Source: Epiperipatus broadwayi (lineage: Eukaryota > Animalia > Onychophora). Taken from it: a stretch of 64,000 nucleotides of DNA. The notes beneath the pieces are model-generated. The model saw only the letters and a program-made list of their open reading frames with translations. It had not been told where the DNA came from and made no database searches. Shown piece by piece: positions 12,748 to 25,975 of the stretch. How positions within the stretch are numbered: position 1 is the first letter of the stretch; each line of letters opens with the position of its first letter. Made by a program: the position numbers and the translations under genes. The DNA lies in the NCBI GenBank assembly GCA_028023455.1, contig JAQFVV010000011.1:806001-870000 (forward strand), in the 5' to 3' direction.

Positions 12748-13075
12748 TTGGAGGGGGTCCTGACAGAGATATTTTAAATGCTTTCTCTAGCTAAGCATTT
12801 ATCACAAAGCTTGTTGAAGAATTGGCAATCCTCATTGTTTATCACTTACAAGCTTAAGCGAATAGGGTCATGTGATATATGTATATTAAGCTTATGAATT
12901 TTATATAAGTTATTAATAAGAGGAAAAGATAAAGAAATAATGATAATCATGTAAATACAATGCACACATATAAATTTGCCTAAGTCTCAAATAACTGTAA
13001 TTAACAATGAAATTATTTCCATTAGTCTCATTCCTTCATAGTTTAACTTATATTTGATTACTGAAAATTAGATTT

Positions 13076-13867
13076 TATGTAGATGGATTTATATATACAC
13101 AGTTGCTTGTTCATACATATATTTGCATTCATATGGGATAATACATTCCTATCAATTTAATGAGTTAGGGATGGATCCCAGAATGAGTCATCCCTGGGTA
13201 TAAATTATAGTTGTATTAAAAGGCCATTCCTTATGATTATTGTATAGAAGATTGATTCAGTTAGGGTTAGGATCAAAAGGTCACCCTTTATAGTTATCAT
13301 TATATAAGTGGTTGTGTTTAGGATTAAGATCTAAAAGACCATTCCTTATGATTATTGGGATAAATACAGCATTGATGCCTGTCCCATACAGAATATATGA
13401 ATGTGTAAATACTTAAAGACATTAGAATGAAAGAATGTTTGTATTTATGGATTCACATATGCATAGAATTATATTTAAGTTTATTGAAATCAGGGCTAAA
13501 GGAATGTGAATGTGTTACCTTATCTATGAATATTTGTAAAAGAAATAAATTGCATATCAATTAATGATTATATTCTATAAATTACATGATCTGTTAATTT
13601 TATTAAAGAAAATAAATTGTACATCAGTTAATAAGTACACTTGTAAATAAATTATTATTACATGATTTGTAATCTACCAATATTCATCGGGAGTAACATG
13701 TTTTCTGTGATTTAATCTGATCCTGTATAACGGTTACATTATTATATAGAATAAAATATTGTTTTAAATATACATGTGTTAGTTTATTTCCTGATGCTTA
13801 ACACCAGATGGCACCCAAGTAATTTATGTAAATAAATAAATGAACTATTCTAAGTCGGATCGTTACA
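13076..13867. mobile_element. Possible solo LTR
   Basis: Begins tgtag, ends gatcgttaca, has internal sub-repeats and aataaa. No TSD found. Confidence 0.3.
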
Positions 13868-14371
13868 ATACTAAAAAAAAAAATGAAAATTTAAAAACTA
13901 ACAATGCTTCATAGTTGTTACCACATATACTTAATCACAGCATGTATTAAAACATGTACATATTATTATATAAACAAAAAATAAACAAATGGTTAGTTAC
14001 TCAAGAGGTCATATGCATTCAAAATGACAAATTGAGCTTCCATTCAGGAACTTTTAGCTCTCAAATCTGTCATTCTACCACTGTGCTAAACTGCAGAAGG
14101 CTATTATTATATGATTACTAATAAATACAGAACTTCCACCTATATGTGAACAATGGAACTGATAACTTTTGTAAAAGTTGGATTGCCTAACAAATGTAAA
14201 ATAATCATTTACTTCTGCAATCTTGGTTCTTACAGAGATGGAAAATCTATTAATAAGAGCAAACCTCACATCCCCACTGGTGTCAATATATTCTCTCTCA
14301 ATGTAGTTAATCATCAATTCACAAAATACAGTTAAACTGATATAAACAGCATATATTTATTTTTAAATTTG

Positions 14372-15075
14372 GTTATTAATTCACATGGGTTTTAAATATG
14401 AGTAGAATTTAGCTTTATCTTACGAAGTTTAATGATGAGCCACATTGAAAGAAGCTATATTTACATTTGGTGTTGATTTAAGTTTACCCTGACACTTATT
14501 AGACTCTTCATTTTTGTAAGAACTGGATTGCATATGTAAATGGTCACTTTAAACTTTTTTTTATATGTCATAGCGTTGACCAGGAAGCGAATTCGGGGCA
14601 GCTGCTTGGAAGGCAGCTAGGCTAACCGCTAGCCACCAACACTTGACGAATGGTCACTTTATGCTTGTTGGGCAACGATTGCGTGTTGACATAAATAATG
14701 CTTGGGGGAAATGATCAGTTTAAGCATTTCCATATACTGGAAATATTTGTACTTATTACTAATTACATAATTGGTATTCGATTATCAATCCACAAAGTCT
14801 TCTAAATTGAGTAGAATTTAACTTTAACTTGTAAAGTTTAATGATTAGTCATACTGAAAAAAAGCTGGGTTTACATCTAATGATTGGTTTAAAGTTTTCC
14901 ATATCAAATTTCCATCTCTATAAAAATCGAGAATGTAAACATGAATGATCATTTTATATTTATTGGACAATTTGACAAGGAGAGTCGCGCATTGATATAA
15001 ACCTGCTTGGAAAAGTTTATCAGTCTCAGTGTTACATATTACTGGTAAGATTTAGTTCTAATTATTGATATTGAC
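14372..15075. repeat. Diverged tandem duplication; the first copy is interrupted by a SINE
   Basis: gagtagaattta...aagtttaatgat recurs at ~14400 and ~14810. Confidence 0.65.
14552..14648 (-). mobile_element. tRNA-Gly(TCC)-derived simple SINE with poly(A)
   Basis: Gly-type body 14572-14642 (GCTGC-CT-TCC-AA-GCAGC), gtcaa leader, A-tail. 13-bp TSD aatggtcacttta at 14539-14551 and 14649-14661. Confidence 0.9.
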
Positions 15076-16419
15076 AATTAAAAAAAAAACACAAGCCGGA
15101 ACCAATAATAATAATAAACTATTCTATTAATATGTTTCCAATACGATATAGAATCCAAAACTGCTAGAGGGAGCCAGTGTCTCCAGTTTACTCTGTTACT
15201 GGCTCCCCGTTTTAGTTACCTAATTATATTTTAGAGAATTTTTTTTCTCTAAAAGGTTTCCAATTGACCAGAGTAACCTTTTAGGTTCCTTTGTACACAA
15301 GAATTATGGCATCATCAGACAACAAGTAAGCGTGATTAAAATTTTTCTTTTGAGCGATGTTAAAAATAACTGACAGCCATGTAAATTTCTAGAGATTTCT
15401 ATTGAAAGACTTAATTTTCAGGGAATATTTTGATTCAAGGCAGCTTTGCTGACTGGGGTGAGAGTGTCTGATTGTTGGGAGGACCCCTGAGAGCCTGAAT
15501 CCTAGTTTTTATATGAGGCGGAGCTGAAAAAAAGGTGCTCTGGAGATCGTTACCAAAATTGGATAGTTCATTTATTTGTTAGCAGTAATAGCGTTATTCA
15601 TTTAGACTTTAATGCTTGCCTTTTAAACCTGAGATTTTACTTTTAAAGAAGAAATTTTTCCACAATAGTAAATTGTTTCTCATTGTACCTGATCATTTAT
15701 TTCAAGTGTTGCTTTATCTTTTATCTATGCATTTGAAGCTGGATCACTGACTATGTCTTAAAACGTTTTTACCAGATTTGGATGGCTCATTCATGTGTTA
15801 AAAATGACATTATTCAGTGCAGTTTTGTGTTGCATTTTAGACCTGAGATTTTACTTGTGAAAAAGATTTTTTTCCCACTATAGTGAATTGTTTTAGACTG
15901 TATCTGAACATTTGATTTCAAGTGTTGCTTGATTATTCAACCTTACATTCTATATTAAATTTTTTTTTTCTATCTTGAATGCTGAACTGTACAAATCGAT
16001 AATTTTAACATTTGACTATATGGATTAGTGCTTCTGGTTTTCGTAGATTATCAGAGTGCTGAAACATGATGAACACTATTCAATATGCAATTTTAATGGA
16101 TACATTACTCTATGTACATCTTTGATTGCTCTATAGATCTAGAATTATATATCACAACACATAATCCAAGCATCTGGTTACTACATATACATTAAAGTTC
16201 TTGATTTTGAAAAGTGGTGATGAATTTTTATGCAAGGCATTGGAAATCCTGGAGATTTGCACTATGATTTTAAACTTAGCAATTATTATGACATTGGATT
16301 GTTAACAGTTGCACCTCATCGCATTAAAGCCTCTAGTTTTTTATAAGTTGTCTGGAAGCTGAAACATGATGGACAAAACTCAAGTTCCCAAAGAGTTCAA
16401 CTGTGATTTGAACCTTGGA

Positions 16420-17085
16420 TTGGGGCTACTGTGTCACTCATCTTTGTGGTCTTGAGGACTGAGTCTGTTGTTTGGAGAGCTCCCAGGACTTGCTTCCTGG
16501 TCTTGAAGGGGGGGGGATGGGATGTGGGTGTTTTGGGTTCTAGTATGGGATTCAGATGAGAGAGTCTGGAACTTGGGAACATTCCTGGGGCCTGAACTCT
16601 GGTTCTTACGGGGGGACTGGGATGTGAGTGCTATTGGGGATTAGTACGGGTTTCAGCTTTCTCATCTTCAGGGCAGTGGAGATGATGTGATACATTGTGG
16701 TTTTAATCTCTTTGTTCTCTATGTGATTCATAGGTTGGTTATTAGACTGTGATAATCTGTAGATGGCATATGATGTAAGCATGTGAGATTTACATTTTTG
16801 ATTAGTGCTATGGCTTAAACTTCAAATCAGGGCTGTTGTGTCACTCATCTCTGCCATCTGGATGGCAGGATCTAATGCTTGGAAGATCCCACAAGCCTGG
16901 GTTTTTGGGGGGGATCTGGGTGCTGTGGGAATTAGTAAGGGCATTGGATGAGAGAGTCTGAGCTTTGGAAATACCCCAAGGCCTGGTTCCTAATCCTTAG
17001 CAGGGGGGCTGGGACGTGGGTGCTGTGAGGATTAGTACGAGTTTTCACTTTCTCGTCTTTTGGATGGTGGAGATGATGTGATTCT
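16420..17085. repeat. GC-richer diverged direct-repeat pair (~400-bp period) with internal sub-repeats
   Basis: gtgtcactcatct, gatgagagagtctg and ggagatgatgtgat each occur twice about 405 bp apart. Confidence 0.7.
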
Positions 17086-18172
17086 TGGTAGCTCTGATAA
17101 GTTGCCATTAAGGTCAGGGGTTACTTAGTAAACTATAAGAGAAGCTATGATTGGCAAGGTATATTCATATACAATTCAAGATTTTTCTGTTCACTTGGTA
17201 AATCAAGTTCTGCATTGTAAAACATAGTTTGAATCTTATATATCACTACATATGACATGTAAATTCAAAGATTAATATTATGTTAATAAATCATATTTTG
17301 AAAAGAAAAAGAAAACATTAAATTACCTACAAAATAAATTCTTCAGTAATACTTATTTACTAATTGGGAGCAGATAAACAAATGTATTCACATAATGCAA
17401 AAAGAACATACATAATACGTATATGTAGAGTTTATTAATTTAACATGTCTTCAAAACTTCAGTTATATAAAAAGTGCTATTTCTTTATTTAATTATATAC
17501 ATTAGCGAGTGTTTATTTTGTAAATACAATCAGCTTTATTCAGCGATGCGTACATGCATCAGAACTTCGTCTACTCTTAAAAATAAAGAATTAAATGTGT
17601 GTGGGTGTGCATGCATTTAGATTTCTTATGGCATAGCCATTTACTTTTTTTTTTTTTAAATTTTAAAATTGCCATTATATAATTTTATCTAATGGAATTA
17701 TTATGCCGGATCTTCTTTTTTTTTTTAAAAAAAAAAAAACAGCTTTTATTATTTTTTAAAAAAATGTTATCTGGTAAATCAATTTATAATTTTTAGTCAC
17801 TTTTCTCTGTTGTCTGTAATAACACACATACAGTTATCACTAAATAGACTAAATGAAATAATTTATGAGCATTTAAACCTAAAAAAAAAAAAAAAATCCT
17901 GAAAAAATAATAATAATAAATGTAGGTTTAATCTATGATGATTGGCATCGTGAAGAAAAGAATGTCTACTTGTGTAAATATGAAAGATAAAGTCGATTTT
18001 TTTAAAAAAAAAATAAATATAAGATAATGCCTACTTGTTAACACCAATTCTTTGTCCATTAAAACGAGATAAAAGATAAATGTTTCAAAAATATTAAGAA
18101 ATTACTCTACAAAAGAATGTAAATGTGTGTATGTGTATGAACTATTGTAACAATATGCAGATTTTTCATATA

Positions 18173-18415
18173 TCACTGCACCACTCTCACCAAGGAGGGA
18201 CTGATGAGTGCTGGTTTGGCACGAAATGCGTATCTTGGGGATCATAGATCTTTTTCACGTTTATGATTACATCCCTCCACAAAATGTTAAAAATTGGATT
18301 AAAAGCAAATAGAAAACAGTCTCTATCTTGCGTGAGAGTGGTGTAGTGAAAATTACACTATCGAAATATTCATTATTCGATAATATCTAGTCTAATGAAT
18401 GACTATTAAAAATTA
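18173..18415 (+). mobile_element. Family G HHR element with a short inverted 5' arm; HHR core at 18201-18240
   Basis: CTGATGA-GTGC tggtttg GCAC-GAAA-TGCGTA-TC-ttgg. 18173-18203 is the reverse complement of ~18318-18349. The body matches the 24.9-25.6 kb units. Confidence 0.8.
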
Positions 18416-19246
18416 TCAATCAGCAAATAGAATTTAGTTTATTAGAATGAAAGCTTATAAAACATGTAAACACAACTGGGACGTTGTATATAAATCGAAT
18501 AATTAATTCCCTTACTTAAATTTTGTTTAACAAGGTGTTTTAATCTAACTACACACAAATTTGTATGTACATGATTAGTCTATCATATTAATGCAAAAAC
18601 AAAGCAATAACTACTTCATTATACAGTATTTCATTCTAGAACAAAATATCTTCCACCTACATCATCAGGTTTACATTAAATATTTAAAATTGAAATGCAT
18701 GTTTGGCATGGCTGAATATATGAATCACGCATTTCTAATTTAAATATTAAATGTCACCTTGTCAATATAGGATGGGATTGATATTAATGTCCAGAACCCC
18801 CCTCCTGATGAAATCCTTGTTGTGACAAAATGATTGTTGGTAATCTTTGTGCAATGATAAGGATGCCAAGCAATTTATTCATTTACATGTTTGCTTGTGA
18901 TTTGATTAACAATACTGTGAAATACATATGTATGCATATTTTGCTATGTGTCTTGGCAATTTTATTTATATCTGAGTGGAGTTAATAATTAAACTTTGTT
19001 TGTAGATATAAAGGACATGGATTCAAAGTGATTAATGAATATACATGTAATTTGAAAATAGACAGCTAAGAATATTTCCAATCAAACTAAGGATTTTTCT
19101 TTCAGAAAGCTTACCTAGTGATGGATGATCTTTTCCCTATTACTCGGTGGAGGATCTGGTAACAAATGCCTTGCTATCAGATATTTATGATTATTTTATT
19201 TATGTACATATATACATTTGCGCGCACACACACATATATATATATA

Positions 19247-19760
19247 TGTAATCTTATAATTGAATATTTGTAAATACAGTAATTAGATATATATAAAGTA
19301 TAACTTTAAATTTTTTTATCCACTTAGGAGCACTTTTGACTATCCTTAGTCTTTGTCAACTAACACTTTGAAAGGCTAACCTTCCCACAATTCTGTGATT
19401 TTAATGTTTGCTCCCTATGTGTTAATTAAGTCTTGTATGTATTTGTATATTAGCATAGCTTTGTTTATTTCCCTTTAGTTGTTATTTTTGTTGTTATTTT
19501 TATTGCAAATTGAAAAAAATAACAACAAAAAGAAAATAAAGGAAGCTATGCTAATATATAAATACAAACAAGACTTAATTAACAGACAGGCAGCAAACGT
19601 TAAGATCATGGAATTGTAGGGAGGTTAGCTTTTTCAAAGTGTTAGTTGACAAAGACTAAAAGGATAGTCAAAAGCACTCCTCAGTGGATACAATTTTCTA
19701 AAGTTATACTTTAGATATATCTAATTACTGTATTTATAAATATTCAATTAGAAGATTTCG
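19247..19760. mobile_element. 514-bp fold-back element (MITE-like) flanked by TA
   Basis: Near-continuous palindrome centred at ~19505; TA at 19245-19246 and 19761-19762. Confidence 0.85.
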
Positions 19761-20289
19761 TATAATGATTTGAAGAAATACAGACATCGAATTATAATAT
19801 TATTACATATATATATATTCTTAAACTGTATGATAAACAATTTTTCTCGAAAAAAACAACAAAAAACCGTACATAATTTCATTTCACCATTGACCATAAA
19901 TTATGTTCATCAATAATTCATAAGATCATAATTAAGAAAATATATAATTATGATATAAAAAATTTCTGAAGTTCCATAAAACTCGCAAAAAAGCTCTGCA
20001 ATAGAACTTTAAAAAAAAGATAATATTAAAACTAAAATTATTTAAAGATTTCATGTTTGTTGTACAAATAATGATAATTAGCAATGTAAGTACTATATAT
20101 ATATATATAAGAAAATTGTGCATATATATGCATATATTTTAATGAAGTAAATTAATAATTGTATGTATTGTTGTTAATGCATTTACAGTGTGGCACACTA
20201 TATGCATGACTCTTAATTGCTGTAAGTTAATCAAATCACACTATTTATCTATCTGAATTATCTCAATGAATACTCAACAGGATGCCATT

Positions 20290-20570
20290 TAATGTTTTGG
20301 TAATGATATTAGTATTATTAGCAATATACTATGTTTTTATTTCCCCTTTTCAGTCATCTTATTCATCACATATAATAACTTGATATTCTCTGGATTAAAT
20401 AATGTTTCATTTTCATGATCCAGAAAACAGATATATGTGAAAAATTTTCCTTTATTCTGTTATATCAAGTATTTGAGCTGCCTGATTCTTGTAATGATAT
20501 TAGTCGGAGATTCTCTGTAACATATGGCTGAACATCCTGGGCTATTGCACTGAATAGCGTAAACAATTTG
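20290..20570 (-). pseudogene. Decayed GIY-YIG endonuclease of Penelope type
   Basis: IVYAIQCNSPGCSA...ES...ITRIRQ resembles VVYxIxCxxC..YIGET...RxxEH, followed by an H...H tract. Confidence 0.55.
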
Positions 20571-22241
20571 GGAAAGTTCTGTTCAAATGATTTTATTTTT
20601 GGGGTTATTAATTAGTGTATTAAAATTAGTAAATAATCTAAAATCTATATTAAAATCTAACTCCACTGCTGTGCATGATATATATAGGTAGGATCAATGC
20701 CCATGGTTTGACGTTTTCTTCCCTAATTTTTTATATAATAATTAAAGTCCTTGATCTTCTTTTTAATTATACATGTCAAGTTACTATTCCTGTCTTTAGC
20801 AAAAAAAAAAAAAAAACTTGCAAAGTTTCTTTCCTGTTGAAAACAAAACAAAAAGATAAAAAAAAATTTATCTAGCAGATTATCTGAATGACTTTTTAAT
20901 TTCTCTTTCCAAACATATCCTTCATTTTATATATGACTTTTGTATATATAAATAATTTTAAAAGAACTAAATCGCAAATCAGAAGTAAACATATATTTTT
21001 AAACATATGTGGACATCAATATATATTCTCTAAATTCGTTTAAAAATGTTTAACTTACAGACAATTATAAACAGAGCTCCATGTAGTATGGTGATGTTGT
21101 TTTTAGCCATAAATCACTCTTTTTCAGCTATTTTTAGAGTATTCATTTGATAGTAATTGAAGATGCCAATAGTCCACAGAGAAAAAGTACAATTGAGTTG
21201 ACAAAAAAAATCTAAAAGACTCCTGATTGTTAGATTTTTTGACATTAGGCATATAAACAAACTTATAAACTACCCTTTCATTCTTGTTAGTAATGAGGAA
21301 AAAAAATTGCATAATTTCAGAATTGATTTAAATATTTATGATTATTTTTATAAAATATTTATATAGTGATTATTAATATATATATATATTCATGTTTATA
21401 CTTATATTTTTTAAATATATATTTCATTTTTAAAAATACAAATTAAGAAATTTTGCAAAATGATATTAAAAAAAAACTGCAAAGAAGGTTACGCTCATCC
21501 TGTCAAATGCCAAAATATTTTTACATTTTTTGCGATAACATAATAAATATAAATGCAATTTAAAATTTTAAAACAGAATTTCATAGCTTTGTGATAACTT
21601 TATAATTATTCATTCACATTTAAAATATGGAATTCATTCAACAAAAATTTCGTTAATTTACTTTTTTCAATAGGGTTATAACAATTAGCCAATAAAAAAG
21701 TAATTGTTCTCAGTACATATTTCACATTATTATTTTTTTTATATTTGGAAAGTTCAAATATCATTTTTTAGAATATTTTTCATTTGTAAACTTATATTTA
21801 AAAAAAAATAAGACCATTTTATTGACTCATAATATTAAATAAAGGTTTTAATATTAAAATTACAATGTTGAACTATTACTCAAATTGGCATTAGAGGATA
21901 GTAGGAAAAGAGTGAAATGTGGAAGGCTTCAAAATTGAGATTTATGTTGAAGATGTTTTTCAAAGTAAATATAACCTGAGGATATTAAATAGCATGAAAC
22001 CAGAATAGCATGAAACCAGATGTCCATCATTATTAACTTTTTAGCCTTTTCCATTTCATTCATTCAATGACTAGCCTTTATTCTTATCCTGTTATTCAAT
22101 GAAACAAAATTTTGTACCTTCAAGTCAATTTTCTTGTTTCATATATATCTTTGTAATGATGACCTCAAAGTAATTCTTCTATTTAATGCCAATTTTTATA
22201 TACTTTAGAAATATAAACAATCACTAATACTTTATTGCATA

Positions 22242-22359
22242 AAACAGGCAAAACTCACTATACGAATTGGCACACACAGCAAGCTAGAGTAATCAATGGA
22301 TGCTAGAAGGCGTGTGCATAACTCAAGCATAAGAAGTGGTGGTCATGTGATGTTTATTG
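22242..22359. mobile_element. Short family B insertion (inverted arm plus tail only)
   Basis: 13-bp TSD actttattgcata at 22229-22241 and 22360-22372. Confidence 0.8.
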
Positions 22360-23440
22360 ACTTTATTGCATATAAGTTTCAACTATTTTAAAATCATTTA
22401 TCTTTAAAATTAGAAATCAAGAATGTATAATACAACCATATGTTTACCCAATTATATCCAACCCACATAAATAAAATGATATATATTCTTAAAAAATATA
22501 ATAATTAATTAGTATTGTATTCTAGTTCACTTGTTTTGCAGAATAAAAATGATTATTTAATGTAGTTGAAGTCACATATATATAAAATTAAGAATTTTGA
22601 AAAGAGAATGCTATATATCAAAGATCAACAAAATATAGTCATAATAATAACATATTATTTATTATATTAATTATATAATCAATAAAATAAGGAAAAATCA
22701 TTATTTCACAATAATTTAGATAGTCTGTTTCAAAGAGAATCATTAATTAGAAATTATCAGAATCGCCAAACACTTTTATAAATTGCAGTGGTGTTGAGAC
22801 GTAATGACAAAAGAAATCATAAAAGCTGCATTATAGAATCTCATAAAAAAAAAACAAGAATCCTGATAATTATAGCGGTTTGTTATGATCCAAGAATACA
22901 TTTACTATACAATATAATAATCTTAAAATTTTCCGATCAGTTACTTTGCTCTTTCTTAATACTATTGAACTTTCCAACAAGACAAAATAGGGTTCATGGT
23001 GCAAACATTTGATTATGCCATCTTTATTTAAAACAAAAAACTTCTAAGGCCAATTAACAATTCTTGAATTCACACATAATGCAGAATTACTTACAACATC
23101 AATAACTTACTAAAAAATTTTAATTTTCCATGGCACATTTAAAAATTTAAAATTTGGTCATGCTTCGTCAAAAATGCTATAATTCTCAAGCATTTTATGT
23201 GAGATTTTATTTATAAAATAATTAAGTAAGATTTGTTATATAGTATATGACAGGTAATTCTGCTTTTTGCTTTAGTGGTGTAAAATAAAGTTTTAAAACT
23301 CCATCTACAAGTACAAATGGTTGTTCCAAAACAGATCAACCTTCCTTTTGATTCATAAGCCTAGACTAAATTACTGATACATTTAAATAATAATTGCTTA
23401 ATGAGATATTATTTTATATAGCGCTGTGTTTTTTATGTAA

Positions 23441-23752
23441 TAGTAATATTAGCAATTAAGCCAATGCACATGCACTTTAAAGATAAATTATAAATGAATA
23501 CTCAATTTTTCCAGACACTAGATATAGTATTTTAGAAAGAATGAAATAAATCCACCCATTCTTTCGACCCAAACGTTTATGTATTGGCAAATCTTAAGTG
23601 TGTGGAAATAAGAGCGTGAAGATGTTACACGATCACTTTAAATTACATTTGTTATGTTTGAACGAATGATACTTGTGTCTGGAAAAATTGAATATTCATT
23701 TATAATTTATCTTTAAAGCCCATGTGCATTGGCTTAATCGCTAATATTACTA
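23441..23752. mobile_element. MITE with ~90-bp terminal inverted repeats
   Basis: tagtaatattagcaattaagccaatgcacatg... is mirrored at the right end; the centre is unique. Confidence 0.8.
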
Positions 23753-24022
23753 ATAATTTCTTAACTAAAACTATTACATTATCAGTAATATTTCTGGTAA
23801 TCTATGTTCCTTTGAATTTTTGGTATGCCACATGTGAATAAAAATTATTTTGTGCAACTTTTCTCAAATAAGATAAAAATTTAAACACAAATAAAAATAT
23901 AGAAAATGCATAAATTGCAAAAACACATATAGAATTTTTTTTTTAAAAAAATGTATATATATAATACGCTTGATGATTATATTGTAAATTCTCTAATAAT
24001 TTCATGCAAAAATATTCCTGTT

Positions 24023-24132
24023 GTCAAACATTGGCGGTCGAGAGGTCAGCAACAGCTGCTTTACAAACAGTTGTCCCGGGTTAGCGGGTTCGCTTCCCGG
24101 CTAATGCTAAGTATGACACATGAGAAAAAAAA
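24023..24132 (+). mobile_element. tRNA-Gly-derived SINE, insertion subtype (anticodon loop TAC)
   Basis: gtcaa leader, gctgctttacaa, gggttcgcttcccgg, tatgacacatga(A)n. attcctgtt is repeated on both flanks. Confidence 0.85.
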
Positions 24133-24549
24133 ATTCCTGTTCTAAATTACATCTATTATCATTACACTATTTTTATGGCACATTAGTTTTGATTTTGGGG
24201 AAGATTTAAATTTTTGTTCAGTTGACAATTTACTATGTGAGTAAACTTGGAAAGTCATGTGTGCTCGCGCACATGTATATCTTAAGGGCAATATATCTGC
24301 TAATTTTTTTTTTTTTTAAATACAGTCTAGCATATATAAAAAAAATCCTAACAAAGGTACCCATATTAATAAATATTACTTTAATAATGTATTATTCTTG
24401 TCATTTATTGTGTTGTAATTAATTAAAGCCATAATTAAACAGTAATCTAAAAAAAATAAATGAAATTAAAAATAAATAAAAAATTGTTTTTTGTTTAACA
24501 TCCATATTTTTTTTCTGTGAAAAAGTATAGCAAAATAAATATAAATTAT

Positions 24550-24709
24550 TTTTAACAGACTATTAGTTTATTAAGAGTCAAAAGGGATTACATAATATTA
24601 TATTAAAAATTCTGAGTGGATGAGTATCGTTTTAACAGACTATTAGTTTATTAAGAGTCAAAAGGGATTACATAATATTATATTAAAAACTCTGAGTGGA
24701 TGAGTATCG
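24550..24709. repeat. 80-bp tandem duplication (2 copies, 1 mismatch)
   Basis: ttttaacagac...gatgagtatcg at 24550 and 24630. Confidence 0.9.
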
Positions 24710-24868
24710 AGAGCTTGAAAGTCTAGGTTCAAATCCCTGTTAATTACACCTAGGTTTTAAGTATATACACTAAACTTGTATTTCAATATTACATTTCTTA
24801 TTTTGCAACTTATTTTATCATTATAATTATGTAACTTTTTATAAACATTTTCTATCCTACTAATACTT

Positions 24869-25640
24869 ATTAGTCATTCATTAGTCTAGAGATTATTCAT
24901 TAAATGAATAATATTTCTGGGTGTAATTTTCATTACACCATTCTCACACAAGGTAAGGGACTGGTTCTTATGCACTTTTAATACCTTGAGGAGAGATGTA
25001 ATCATAAATATATGATCAAAGACGTGAAGATTTATGATCTCCATGATGCACATTTTGTGCTGATCCAGCACTCATCAGTTGGCCCAGACCATAATCTCTT
25101 GCACCTATCTTTATCATTGTTCAGTATACATATATAGATAATAAATTACTACACTTTGTCTGATAAGTATCAAATATACTATCAAATATACTGTCCTCAC
25201 AAATTTGACAAACTTACTTAATGAAAGTATATTAATAATTTTTATTAGTCATTCATTAAACTAGAGATCCTTCAATAATGAATAATATTTCTATAGTGTA
25301 ATTTTGACTGTGCCACTCTCACACAAGATAGGGATTGATTTCTATCTGCTTTTAACACATTGTGAAGAGATGTAATCATAAACATAATGACCAAAGACAT
25401 ATGAAAAAGATCTATGATCTGCAAGATGCAAATTTTATGCTGAAATAGCACTCATCAGTTGACCCAGATCACAATCTCTTAGACATATCTTTATCATTGG
25501 TCAGTATATATAGAGAGAGCCAATTAGCACAATTTAATTGATAAGTATCCAACTTACTGCCCTCACGATCTTAAAACAAATCACATAATGGAATTATGTC
25601 AATAATTTTTATTAGTCATTCATTAGAATAGAGATTATCC
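24869..25640 (-). mobile_element. Family G head-to-tail array: 2 units plus a partial third, one HHR per unit (retrozyme-like)
   Basis: attagtcattcatta at 24869, 25244 and 25611. HHRs at 25041-25082 and 25421-25462 (CTGATGA intact, GAAA to AAAA). Confidence 0.8.
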
Positions 25641-25795
25641 ACTTCATAAATATTTTCTACCATACATTTCAATTATATCTTAAGAATCTTTATCAAAGGT
25701 TATATAGTATTAAATATCTGAAAATATTAAAATGAAAACAAAATAAAATTTACAAAACATCGTAATAAAATACATTTATTAGTAAATGATTTATC

Positions 25796-25975
25796 AAAAC
25801 AGACAAAACTCTCCATACAGTAGTGCCACCCAATGCAAGTCAGAGTAATCAATGGATGCTAGAAGGCTTGTGCATAAAATCTCTATCTAGTGTCTACTCA
25901 TCCAATATCCCCAGACTAGTTTCTAGCTTGTGGATTTCATCAGTGAGGAGCTTTGGATCTGAGAGCACTGCACTT
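25796..25975 (-). mobile_element. Family B single arm; HHR at 25909-25948 with intact core
   Basis: Minus strand: cctca-CTGATGA-aatccacaagcta-GAAA-CTAG-TC-tgggg, with stem I extended by atccaa/ttggat. Confidence 0.8.

Noticed and set aside
18789-19165. CTGATGA at 18816 and the related repeat at 53040-53420 as HHR, piggyBac or solo LTR
   Set aside because: Stems do not pair, the TDEMIV similarity is too short, and the TG..CA ends lack a TSD. It is a dispersed repeat of unresolved class.
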